Source: Clostridia bacterium
Lineage (GTDB): Bacteria; Bacillota; Clostridia; UBA1381; UBA9506
DNA: 64,000 bases
Direction: 5' to 3'
Assembly: GCA_017396465.1 (NCBI GenBank)
Contig: JAFQLU010000131.1
Span: forward strand, 7,065 to 71,064
Shown: positions 56,066 to 64,000 of the stretch, piece after piece
How positions within the stretch are numbered: position 1 is the stretch's first letter
Layout: the number at the start of each line of letters is the position of its first letter
Position numbers and translations under genes: made by a program
The notes under the pieces: generated by a model
What the model saw: the letters and a program-made list of their open reading frames with translations, nothing else
Databases searched by the model: none
Told to the model about the DNA's origin: nothing

Positions 56066-57433
56066 ATGAGGATGAAAATGAAAAACGTGGATATGGTAAA
56101 CGGGCCGCTTTTTGTAAGCATCTGGCGGTTCACGGTTCCCTTTATGCTGACGGGGCTACTGCAGATTTTTTATAACGCGGCAGATGTTATGGTTGTTGGC
56201 AGATACGCAGGGCAGGAGGCGCTTGCTGGCGTAGGAACAACGGGCTCTTTATCCACGCTGATTTTAAATTTTATCATCGGTTTGTCGGTGGGTGTCAGTG
56301 TAACGCTGGGACAGGCGTTGGGAGCAAAAGATTATGACGGCGCAGAAAAAATTGTGCACACGGCGATGGTGCTGTGCTTTTTAGGCGGTGCTGTGGTGTC
56401 GGCAGTCGGTATTATATTTGCAAGACCGCTGCTTTCCCTGATTGATGTGCCGGAGGACGTGATGCCTCAGGCAAAAATATATATGCAGATTATCTTTGCA
56501 GGTAAAATCCCGGCACTTGTGTATAATTTTGGTTCTGCCGTTCTGCGTGCCAAGGGAGACACGAAACGCCCGCTTTATATTGTTACTATATCCGGCATCA
56601 TCAATGTGGTCCTGAATATGTTCTTTGTTATCAAGCTGGGCATGAAGGCAGACGGCGTGGGGCTTGCAACGGTGATTTCCCAGGTGTTCACGGCAGTTGC
56701 CATTTTGTACTGCCTGCGCACGGAGGAAGGCCATACACGGCTGTACTTCAAGAAAATCCGTTTATATAAAAAAGAAGCACTGCGCATTGTGAAAATCGGC
56801 TTGCCCTCCGGCGTACAGAGCATGGTTTTTTCATTGGCGAACGTTATCATTCAGTCCGGTGTGAACTCCTTCGGCTCTTCCGCCACCATTGCAGGCAACT
56901 CTGCGGCAACCAGCGTGGGCGGCTTCTACTATGTGGCGCTGAACAGTCTTTCCCAGACGACGGTGGCGTTTGTCAGCAGTAATACGGGGGCAAAACGGTT
57001 TGACAGAGTGCGCAAAATTGTGCGGTACAGCATGATTGACGTAGCAATCGTGTGGGCGGCGGAGGTTTTGGTTACCTTGCTTTTTGCAAAACACCTTGTG
57101 GGGCTTTATGTTCCCGGAAACGAAGCGGCGCTTCAGATCGGCGTGAGCCGTCATATGATTATCGGCTGCAGCTACGGGCTTTGCGGTATCATGGAGGTGG
57201 CGAGCGGTGCCATCCGCGGCATGGGAAAATCGTTTTTGACGATGATGGTGGCAATCGCCGGCGTTTGCGGTATCCGTATTGTTTGGGTGCTGTTCATCTT
57301 CCCCTTAATCGGTACTTATCCGTCTTTAGTTATATCTATGCCTCTTTCCTGGATTGTAACTTCGCTTTTGCAGTATGCGATGTATCTGTATGTGTTTCAA
57401 AAAGAGAAAAAGGCAGAAATGGTATCTGTGTAA
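56066..57433 (+). CDS. MATE family transporter
   Basis: QIFYNAADVMVVG, LRAKGDTKRPL, NVVLN, GVGLATVISQ; 12 TM pattern. Confidence 0.93.
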   Translation: MRMKMKNVDMVNGPLFVSIWRFTVPFMLTGLLQIFYNAADVMVVGRYAGQEALAGVGTTGSLSTLILNFIIGLSVGVSVTLGQALGAKDYDGAEKIVHTAMVLCFLGGAVVSAVGIIFARPLLSLIDVPEDVMPQAKIYMQIIFAGKIPALVYNFGSAVLRAKGDTKRPLYIVTISGIINVVLNMFFVIKLGMKADGVGLATVISQVFTAVAILYCLRTEEGHTRLYFKKIRLYKKEALRIVKIGLPSGVQSMVFSLANVIIQSGVNSFGSSATIAGNSAATSVGGFYYVALNSLSQTTVAFVSSNTGAKRFDRVRKIVRYSMIDVAIVWAAEVLVTLLFAKHLVGLYVPGNEAALQIGVSRHMIIGCSYGLCGIMEVASGAIRGMGKSFLTMMVAIAGVCGIRIVWVLFIFPLIGTYPSLVISMPLSWIVTSLLQYAMYLYVFQKEKKAEMVSV

Positions 57434-57439
57434 CAATAC

Positions 57440-57477
57440 AGCGGAGTTGTTTTTTTTAGAAAAACACTCCGCTTTTT
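57440..57477 (+). terminator. Rho-independent terminator
   Basis: agcggagttgttttt...aaaaacactccgct followed by T run. Confidence 0.65.
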
Positions 57478-57544
57478 CTTGTGTTTTAACGAAAAATCAT
57501 GTATAATTAAAATGGAAAATTACGTTAAGAAGAGAGTGTTTACA

Positions 57545-59482
57545 ATGCAAAAAGCACATGATTATACCATTATGCCTTTGGATGAACGGTATTTAGAAGA
57601 AATATGCCAGGACATCAAAGAGCAGTATGAAAAAGGGATTGCAAATCTTGCCCTTTTTAAAATGACATTGGTTCCGGAAGGTATGCCGCCGAAACCGAAA
57701 GCGGAAGAATTTTGCGGCATTTATGATTTGTTCCGTGATCGCCTTGCAGAAATGGGATTAGAGTGCGGTATCCTTGTGCAGGAAACCATCGGACACGGGT
57801 ATGCGCTCAACGAGCCGTCGTCTTTTCAGAAATATGTTGGAAGAACCGATGGAGAAGAAAAAACGAAATGTTGTCCCTATGACGAAAATCTCAGACAACA
57901 TTTTCACGATGTGATGAAAACCATTGCGTCTCATAAGCCGAAAGCCATTATGGTGGACGATGATTTTCGTTTGTTGTTCTTCTATGGCAGAGGTTGCACG
58001 TGTCCCCTTCATATGAAACGGCTTTCGGAGCTTTGCGGAAGAGAAGTGACAAGAGAAGAACTCAATGAACGTATCGAAAAATACGGGGAAAGTGATCCTG
58101 TTGTGCAAACATATCTGGAAACACAGAAAGAAGCATTAATCGGTGCGGCAAAAGCAATGAGAGCCGGTATAGACAGCGTGGATGCAACCATCCCTGTATC
58201 TTATTGCACCACCGGAAGCGCCTGTGAGTTTGCGCCGGACATCGCAAGAGAGCTGGCGGGAAAAGGAAATCCCACTACCGTAAGATCCTTTGTGGGAATA
58301 TACAGCCCGAAAGGCGCGAAGGAATTTACTTCTCCCATGTACTGTATTGCACAGCAGATGGCACTTATGAAAGATAAGGTAGATCAGATTATTGCCGAAG
58401 GAGATACGTGTCCGCATAACAGATATGGCCTGAGTGCAAGACATATGCACTCGTTCCGTGTGGGAGCAATTTTAGAGGGAACCTCCGGCTCCAAGCAATG
58501 GATTACAAAGCTGGACAATGTGGAAATGAAAACGGGAAAAGCATACAGAAAAATTCTGTCGGAATATAATGGCTTCTATCAAACACTTTCTGAAATTGTA
58601 TCAGAAATGACACCGATCGGCTGCTGTATTCCTGTTCTGGAAAAACCCTATTACGGATTGGACGTTGAGGAATGGGACAAGCGCTATGATGGTTGGGCAC
58701 GCTGCGTCTTGGAAAGACTGGGACTGCCTTTGTATTTTTCTAAAAATCCCGGAAATGCTGTTTTTCTGGAGGGAGATATCGATAAGCACTTTAGCGATGA
58801 ACAGATAAAAGACATATTGTCCGGAACGGTCCTGATGGCATCCGATACGGCAGAACGCCTCTGTAGCCGCGGATTTTCAGAATATATCGGTGTTTCTGTG
58901 TCGGAATATACGGGAAGCACTATCAAAGGGGAAGAAATCGTTAAGACAGGAAATGTTTGTCCAAAGCAAAAAAACATAAAAAAGCTAACTCCGCTGGATG
59001 AAAAGGGGGTTATCGGATCCTGGGCGTATCACAGTTGTGACGGAAGAAACCGTGAAAAGCTGTTTCCCGGAACTGTGACATATCAGAACAGCGCAGGCGG
59101 TACTGTGACCACGTTTGCAGGTACGCCCGTTGCAGAATATTATTATACGGAAGGATTCTCTTTCCTGAATGCAACGAGAAAACAACAACTGATTGACCTG
59201 CTGAAATCGACGGATCATTTACCGGTATTTTATCCCGGTGATATGGAAATATATCTTCGGGCAGGGAAGCTTTCGGACGGTACGCTGGCAACGGTATGGT
59301 TTAACTTGTCCTTTGACCCGATGGAGGAAGCAGAACTGGTTCTGGAAAAAGATGCAAAAGAGATTTTAAGATTGATGCCGAACGGAACATTTGAGCCTTG
59401 CGCTTTCCGTAAAGAAGGGGACACGACGGTTGTGGATATTTGCATTGAACCGATGTTACCGGTGGTATTGATTGTGAAATAA
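57545..59482 (+). CDS. Hypothetical glycoside-hydrolase-like TIM-barrel protein (GH42-like architecture)
   Basis: TIGHG, CCP, MVDDDFR, GCTCPLH, AEGDTCPH; no signal peptide. Confidence 0.55.
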   Translation: MQKAHDYTIMPLDERYLEEICQDIKEQYEKGIANLALFKMTLVPEGMPPKPKAEEFCGIYDLFRDRLAEMGLECGILVQETIGHGYALNEPSSFQKYVGRTDGEEKTKCCPYDENLRQHFHDVMKTIASHKPKAIMVDDDFRLLFFYGRGCTCPLHMKRLSELCGREVTREELNERIEKYGESDPVVQTYLETQKEALIGAAKAMRAGIDSVDATIPVSYCTTGSACEFAPDIARELAGKGNPTTVRSFVGIYSPKGAKEFTSPMYCIAQQMALMKDKVDQIIAEGDTCPHNRYGLSARHMHSFRVGAILEGTSGSKQWITKLDNVEMKTGKAYRKILSEYNGFYQTLSEIVSEMTPIGCCIPVLEKPYYGLDVEEWDKRYDGWARCVLERLGLPLYFSKNPGNAVFLEGDIDKHFSDEQIKDILSGTVLMASDTAERLCSRGFSEYIGVSVSEYTGSTIKGEEIVKTGNVCPKQKNIKKLTPLDEKGVIGSWAYHSCDGRNREKLFPGTVTYQNSAGGTVTTFAGTPVAEYYYTEGFSFLNATRKQQLIDLLKSTDHLPVFYPGDMEIYLRAGKLSDGTLATVWFNLSFDPMEEAELVLEKDAKEILRLMPNGTFEPCAFRKEGDTTVVDICIEPMLPVVLIVK

Positions 59483-59551
59483 TTATAACATGAAAGAAGA
59501 AACACAGCGTTTTATATAATGTGTTTGATAGGTATGGTGTTTTGATAAAAA

Positions 59552-59580
59552 AGGGCGTATCGCAAAATTGCGATACGCCC
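59552..59580. terminator. Terminator for the minus-strand gene 59586-60920
   Basis: gggcgtatcgcaa-aa-ttgcgatacgccc preceded by an A run. Confidence 0.75.
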
Positions 59581-59585
59581 ATATG

Positions 59586-60920
59586 TTATGCAAAGATTTT
59601 TCTGCTTGTGCCTTTTGGCAAGCGAATGGTCCAGGCTTGCAGGCGGGAACGGTCAGAAATGTATTGATCTTTAAAATCTTCTGCGTGTACCCAGGAGCCC
59701 ACTAAATTCTGGTCGCGGAGTCTGGGGAATTGGTTCAAATCTATCTGCCATTTATCCGGGACAACGGTGGCAGATTCTTTGCCGCATACAATTTGCATTG
59801 CTGCACGAAGCCAATCAGCAGGACCAAGTTTTTTGTCACCTACGGTGATTCCTGCAGGCAGGAATGCACCGTCTTTTATTTGGTTTGCGCTTTCTTTCAT
59901 TTCTTCTGCCGTAACGGTTACGGGTTGGGAAATCGCAAAAGGCGTATCCAAAAAGCCGTACACTTTTTCGCATGTGTGCGCTTCTTTTCCCATCAGAAAA
60001 TCACGGCATGCCAGCATCATATCGGAAAGCGAGAAAGAATCCGGCACGGTCACCGGGAAGAACTCCTCGGCAAGTGCTTTTTGCAGCATCGGCATATCCG
60101 AAGGACGAATCACACGGTTTTCTCCTGCGTATTCTTTTGCGATATCTTCATAAGTTACAATTTCAAAACGGGGATCTTCTATCAATTTTTCAATGAAGAA
60201 ACGGAAATTATCCATAAATTCTTCTGTGGTTTCGGCAGGAAGGGGTGTGCTTAAAATCCATTCACCCTCGATGTTTTTACGGTAAAAATTCAATAGATCG
60301 CAAAATTCTACCACAGCATTTTTCTGGGGATGATGGTAGGCAATGTAGGTATCAAAATTTGCCATTTCTTCGATTTTTTCTAAAATCTGTTCTTTGTCCC
60401 AGTTCAAGAAGCAGTCCATGCTGAAATTATATTCCATACAGAGAATGTTGGAGCAGGAAACCGGTCTGCCGTGTTCTGCATCATACAGAAAATCGCCGTC
60501 GTAAATGGGAATTCCCATATCGGCATACCCGTATCTTGCCACGTAGGAAACAGAATCTCCGGGGGGACAAGCAGCATAGAATGCATCGTTTCCGAGAATG
60601 TCTTGTATGATGGTAAGTGCCTCATCCTCGTTTTGACGGAATTGGCGCAATGCTTCGTCAAAATCCTCGATATCCGTGTATTCGCAGATGGTGGGGTGGT
60701 AAGAATGTCTTAAAGAGTGGGTTTCGGTTTCGTGATATTTGAGTGCTTCCAAAACATCGGTTCTTTCCCATTTTACCAAAGCTTGTGCCAACCATGCCAC
60801 AATGTTATAGCATCCGCGGACACCCAGGCTCTGTAAAACCTGTGCGGTTCTTAATATTCCGTCTGCACCTAACGGATTTACATAATCCTCTGTGTCAAAA
60901 CTGATAACGACTTTTGTCAT
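59586..60920 (-). CDS. Polysaccharide deacetylase-like (NodB/GH57-type barrel) protein
   Basis: ISFDTED, HSLRHSYHP, PPG, YHHP; AGGAGG RBS. Confidence 0.65.
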   Translation of the reverse strand: MTKVVISFDTEDYVNPLGADGILRTAQVLQSLGVRGCYNIVAWLAQALVKWERTDVLEALKYHETETHSLRHSYHPTICEYTDIEDFDEALRQFRQNEDEALTIIQDILGNDAFYAACPPGDSVSYVARYGYADMGIPIYDGDFLYDAEHGRPVSCSNILCMEYNFSMDCFLNWDKEQILEKIEEMANFDTYIAYHHPQKNAVVEFCDLLNFYRKNIEGEWILSTPLPAETTEEFMDNFRFFIEKLIEDPRFEIVTYEDIAKEYAGENRVIRPSDMPMLQKALAEEFFPVTVPDSFSLSDMMLACRDFLMGKEAHTCEKVYGFLDTPFAISQPVTVTAEEMKESANQIKDGAFLPAGITVGDKKLGPADWLRAAMQIVCGKESATVVPDKWQIDLNQFPRLRDQNLVGSWVHAEDFKDQYISDRSRLQAWTIRLPKGTSRKIFA

Positions 60921-61264
60921 ACTGTCTCCTCCTGACGTGTGGTGATACCTTCATTATATCAGCGCAAAAATTAGAAAACAATTGAAAAAAAGATACATTT
61001 TTTTATGTTTTAGACACTTTTTTGTCAGGCGAAACAGCATACAGTAGGCAAAACACCTCGTTTGCAACAAAGCTGATGATACGGGAATGTTTTCAGCCAA
61101 CGGCGGTGTCAGAGAGGATGGAGGAAAAGGGATGATTGGGAAAAACAGGTTTTTGAGAACCGATATGTTCCGGTGAAATTTTTATGGGATTTGTTGCCTT
61201 TTTTGCTTTACATGGTTTTAAAATTCTGCTATAATTTTCTTATCAACATGTATGTAGGTGAGAG

Positions 61265-62185
61265 ATGATGCAGACAGTTTTTGAAAAAGCGAAAGCATTT
61301 ATATATCGAAACGCACGACCTTTGGATTTGGCGCGGTTTCAGTATCATTTCGAAAACGGAAGTAAGGAAAGTGTGTTACAGGCATTGTCCTTTTATCAGA
61401 ACGAAGACGGCGGTTGCGGTCATGCGGTGGAGGCGGATTGCTGGAATCCAAACTCTATTCCGCTTCATTCCAATACGGCGAGCGATATTCTTCGGGAAAT
61501 CGGTTGGGAGGATAAATCCCATCCATTTGTGCAGGGCTTATTAAAATACTATGAAAGCGGCAAAGACTTTAACGGTCACACCTGGGCGATTACGGTGGAA
61601 AGCAACAACGATTATCCCCATGCACCCTGGTGGCACACGGAAAGTGAAAGCTCCTGCCACACCGACTATAACGGCACGGCGCAAATCGCCGGATTTCTGG
61701 TGCGGTACGCAGACGAGAATAGCGATGCGTTCCGGCTCGGCATCCGCGTTGCGAAAGAAGCTATTGCGGCTCTGTCTCCTGATGAGATTATGGATATGCA
61801 CACCTGCACCTGCTACATCCGTATGCTGGAGCTGGTGGAGCAGGGGAAAGCAGAACATCTGATTCCGCATCAGGAATTGAAAGAGAAGCTCCTCGCATCC
61901 GTAAACAAGCTGATAGAACGGGATAAAACCAAGTGGAGTGCATATATGTGCAAGCCATCCCAGTTTATGATGTCAAGAGAAAGTATGTTCTATCCGGATA
62001 ATCGGGAAATAGCGGAATATGAATGTGAATTTATCAAAAATACCCAGCTTCCCGACGGTTCCTGGGACATCCCCTGGAGCTGGAACAATTTTCCCGAGGA
62101 ATGGGCGATTAGCAAAAACTGGTGGAAAGGAACCAATATTGTGCTGAATCTTTTATACTTAAAAGGGTTCGGGGCACTGGAATAA
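61265..62185 (+). CDS. Hypothetical alpha/alpha-toroid protein with prenyltransferase-like QW repeats
   Basis: NARPLD, YQNEDGGCGH, PHAPWW, TQLPDGSW. Confidence 0.65.
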   Translation: MMQTVFEKAKAFIYRNARPLDLARFQYHFENGSKESVLQALSFYQNEDGGCGHAVEADCWNPNSIPLHSNTASDILREIGWEDKSHPFVQGLLKYYESGKDFNGHTWAITVESNNDYPHAPWWHTESESSCHTDYNGTAQIAGFLVRYADENSDAFRLGIRVAKEAIAALSPDEIMDMHTCTCYIRMLELVEQGKAEHLIPHQELKEKLLASVNKLIERDKTKWSAYMCKPSQFMMSRESMFYPDNREIAEYECEFIKNTQLPDGSWDIPWSWNNFPEEWAISKNWWKGTNIVLNLLYLKGFGALE

Positions 62186-62197
62186 AGGAGAAAAATT

Positions 62198-63496
62198 ATG
62201 CGAAATGAAAACAGATTTTTTACCGTATTTCCCTCGGTGGTAAAAGCGGGGGAAACTACGGAAATTACCATATCATCCATTCATGAAAAAGTGCAGCTGA
62301 AGGATGGAACATATAGCCTTAAGGTTGTACCCAAGGAAAAACGGGACTTGCCGAGAAATGCGGCGTTGAAGATTTTAGATAATACATTCCATATGCTGTC
62401 GGTTACGGCAAAGGATAACACCATCACCTTTTCCTATCCTTTTATGGACGAGCAGGAATACCGCCTGATTCTGATGGCGGAGGACGGCGCAAGGCTTTAT
62501 GATTTTTCTGTTTACGCCTTAAAAGGGGATTTGTACGGCACCATGCCCTACCGTGGTGACTTACATATGCACACTGTTTGCTCCGATGGAAAAGGTACCA
62601 TCGCACAGCTTATGACGGCATACAGAGAAATGGGGCTGGATTTTGTTTGCCTTACGGACCATCATAAGTATGCACCCTCGTTGGAAGCTATTAAAATGTT
62701 TCAGGATGTGGACTCGGGACTTACCATTTTCCCGGGGGAAGAGGTGCATAACGAGCACATGGGCTATGTGCATATTGTGAATTTCGGCGGAAGCTACAGC
62801 GTAAACGAAAAGCTGGAAGCAGATTATGAAGGTCTGTGCAAAAAACTCAAAAAAGAAGCGGAAGAGCTAAAGCTTCCCGAAGGTATCAACGCCTTTGATT
62901 ATGCGCTTCGGAAATGGATTTGCGAGGAAATCCGCAAAAGCGGCGGAAAGGCGATTTACCCTCATCCTTACTGGACCGTGTGTGATGAATACCATGTGGA
63001 AACCGATTTTTCCATGTATACCTTAAAACAAGGGATGTACGACATTTTTGAATTGATCGGCGGATGCTCTGTGAACGAAAATCAGCTGCAGGAGGCAATG
63101 TGGCAGGAGCTTCGTCTGCAGGGGGTGGATATGCCCATTGTTGGCTCAACGGACACCCATGATTATCTGCCCGGAACATCTTTATTCGGTTTATACGGCA
63201 CCCTGGTTTTCGCGAGAGATAATGAAATGATTCCTGACGCCATTCTGGACAGGCGTTCGGTTGCAATAGAAACCATCGCAGGGGAAACGCCGAGGGTTGC
63301 GGGCAGTTTCCGTCTGCTGAAATACGCGATTTACCTGATGGAGCATTTCTATCCGGTTTATGAAACATATACCCGTGATATCGGCGCGTTGATGCGTGCT
63401 TATGCGGAAAACGGTGGTTGCAAGGAAGCCATTGCTTTGCAGAATCAAAAAGCACAGATGTATAAAAAACAATTTTTCGGTATGATTCAGAAATAA
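62198..63496 (+). CDS. PHP-domain metallohydrolase
   Basis: DLHMHTVCSDG, LTDHH, PGEEVH, HPYW, GSTDTH. Confidence 0.85.
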   Translation: MRNENRFFTVFPSVVKAGETTEITISSIHEKVQLKDGTYSLKVVPKEKRDLPRNAALKILDNTFHMLSVTAKDNTITFSYPFMDEQEYRLILMAEDGARLYDFSVYALKGDLYGTMPYRGDLHMHTVCSDGKGTIAQLMTAYREMGLDFVCLTDHHKYAPSLEAIKMFQDVDSGLTIFPGEEVHNEHMGYVHIVNFGGSYSVNEKLEADYEGLCKKLKKEAEELKLPEGINAFDYALRKWICEEIRKSGGKAIYPHPYWTVCDEYHVETDFSMYTLKQGMYDIFELIGGCSVNENQLQEAMWQELRLQGVDMPIVGSTDTHDYLPGTSLFGLYGTLVFARDNEMIPDAILDRRSVAIETIAGETPRVAGSFRLLKYAIYLMEHFYPVYETYTRDIGALMRAYAENGGCKEAIALQNQKAQMYKKQFFGMIQK

Positions 63497-63510
63497 GGGA
63501 GGAAAACAGA

Positions 63511-64000
63511 ATGAGATATTTCTTTTTAAGATTTCCCGGTGGAAAAACAAAAGCAGTTACCTTAAGCTATGACGACGGTTGCAGGGATGACATCCGCATG
63601 GCGGACACAATCAGCAAATACGGCTTGAAGTGCACCTTCAATTTAACGGCAAATCCTGCCATGACCAAAGAGGAAATTCAGGAGCATATACTGGATAAAG
63701 GGCATGAAATCGCAGTACACGGTGCACAGCACCGTGCGGAAGGTCTGCAAAGACCTGCCGCAGGGATTAAGGACGTTTTGGATTGCCGTTTGTATCTGGA
63801 AAAAACCTTTGACCGCATTATTCGTGGTATGGCATACCCCGACAGCGGTATCACAAGGTTCGGAAACGGCACGTCTTATGAAACGGTAAAACAGTATTTA
63901 TCGGATTTGGGTATAGTATATTCCCGTACACTGGCAGGGGACAATAACAAGTTTGAACTTCCCACCGACTGGCATGCGTGGATGCCAACGGCACATCATA
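63511..64000 (+). CDS. Polysaccharide deacetylase (CE4), truncated by the right edge
   Basis: Not in ORF track. GGGAGG RBS; MRYFFLRFPGGKTKAVTLSYDDG...TFNL...GHEIAVHGAQH...GMAYP. Confidence 0.88.
   Translation, partial: MRYFFLRFPGGKTKAVTLSYDDGCRDDIRMADTISKYGLKCTFNLTANPAMTKEEIQEHILDKGHEIAVHGAQHRAEGLQRPAAGIKDVLDCRLYLEKTFDRIIRGMAYPDSGITRFGNGTSYETVKQYLSDLGIVYSRTLAGDNNKFELPTDWHAWMPTAHH

Noticed and set aside
61010-61176. CATACAGT sporulation-type -10 and small ORFs (29 aa from 61087, 14 aa from 61132)
   Set aside because: No convincing -35 element, the peptides have no recognisable features, and no structure supports an RNA call.
63678-63889. Short ORFs near the right edge
   Set aside because: They are alternative frames of the CE4 deacetylase starting at 63511.
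1-64000. rRNA, tRNA, transposase, integrase, phage or defence genes
   Set aside because: None recognised; almost all sequence is accounted for by the listed CDSs and short intergenic regions.

Overview
Chromosomal window from a spore-forming Clostridia-type Firmicute (spoIIE with Spo0A boxes, spoVM, sigma-A promoters, T-box). Left to right it holds: a large secreted carbohydrate esterase cut by the left edge, the glycogen operon glgBCDAP with a divergent GH13, an M23 peptidase, spoVM and spoIIE, a GH27/RCC1/GHL10-CBM32 cluster, assorted metabolic and transport genes, a 259-bp MITE-like insertion that duplicated a terminator, a tandem-hairpin leader before an NSS transporter, and an AraC-linked six-gene redox/sugar catabolic operon. 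The most unusual locus is an Asn T-box-controlled tRNA-dependent transamidation operon. In it AspRS is fused in frame to GatC, GatA is truncated and has lost all three catalytic triad residues, and GatB is intact; an atypical asparaginase and an AlaX editing protein follow. By inference this is a covalently tethered, glutaminase-less transamidosome that uses ammonia from elsewhere. No rRNA, tRNA, CRISPR array, transposase or phage genes were seen. All assignments come from reading motifs by eye, with no database search.
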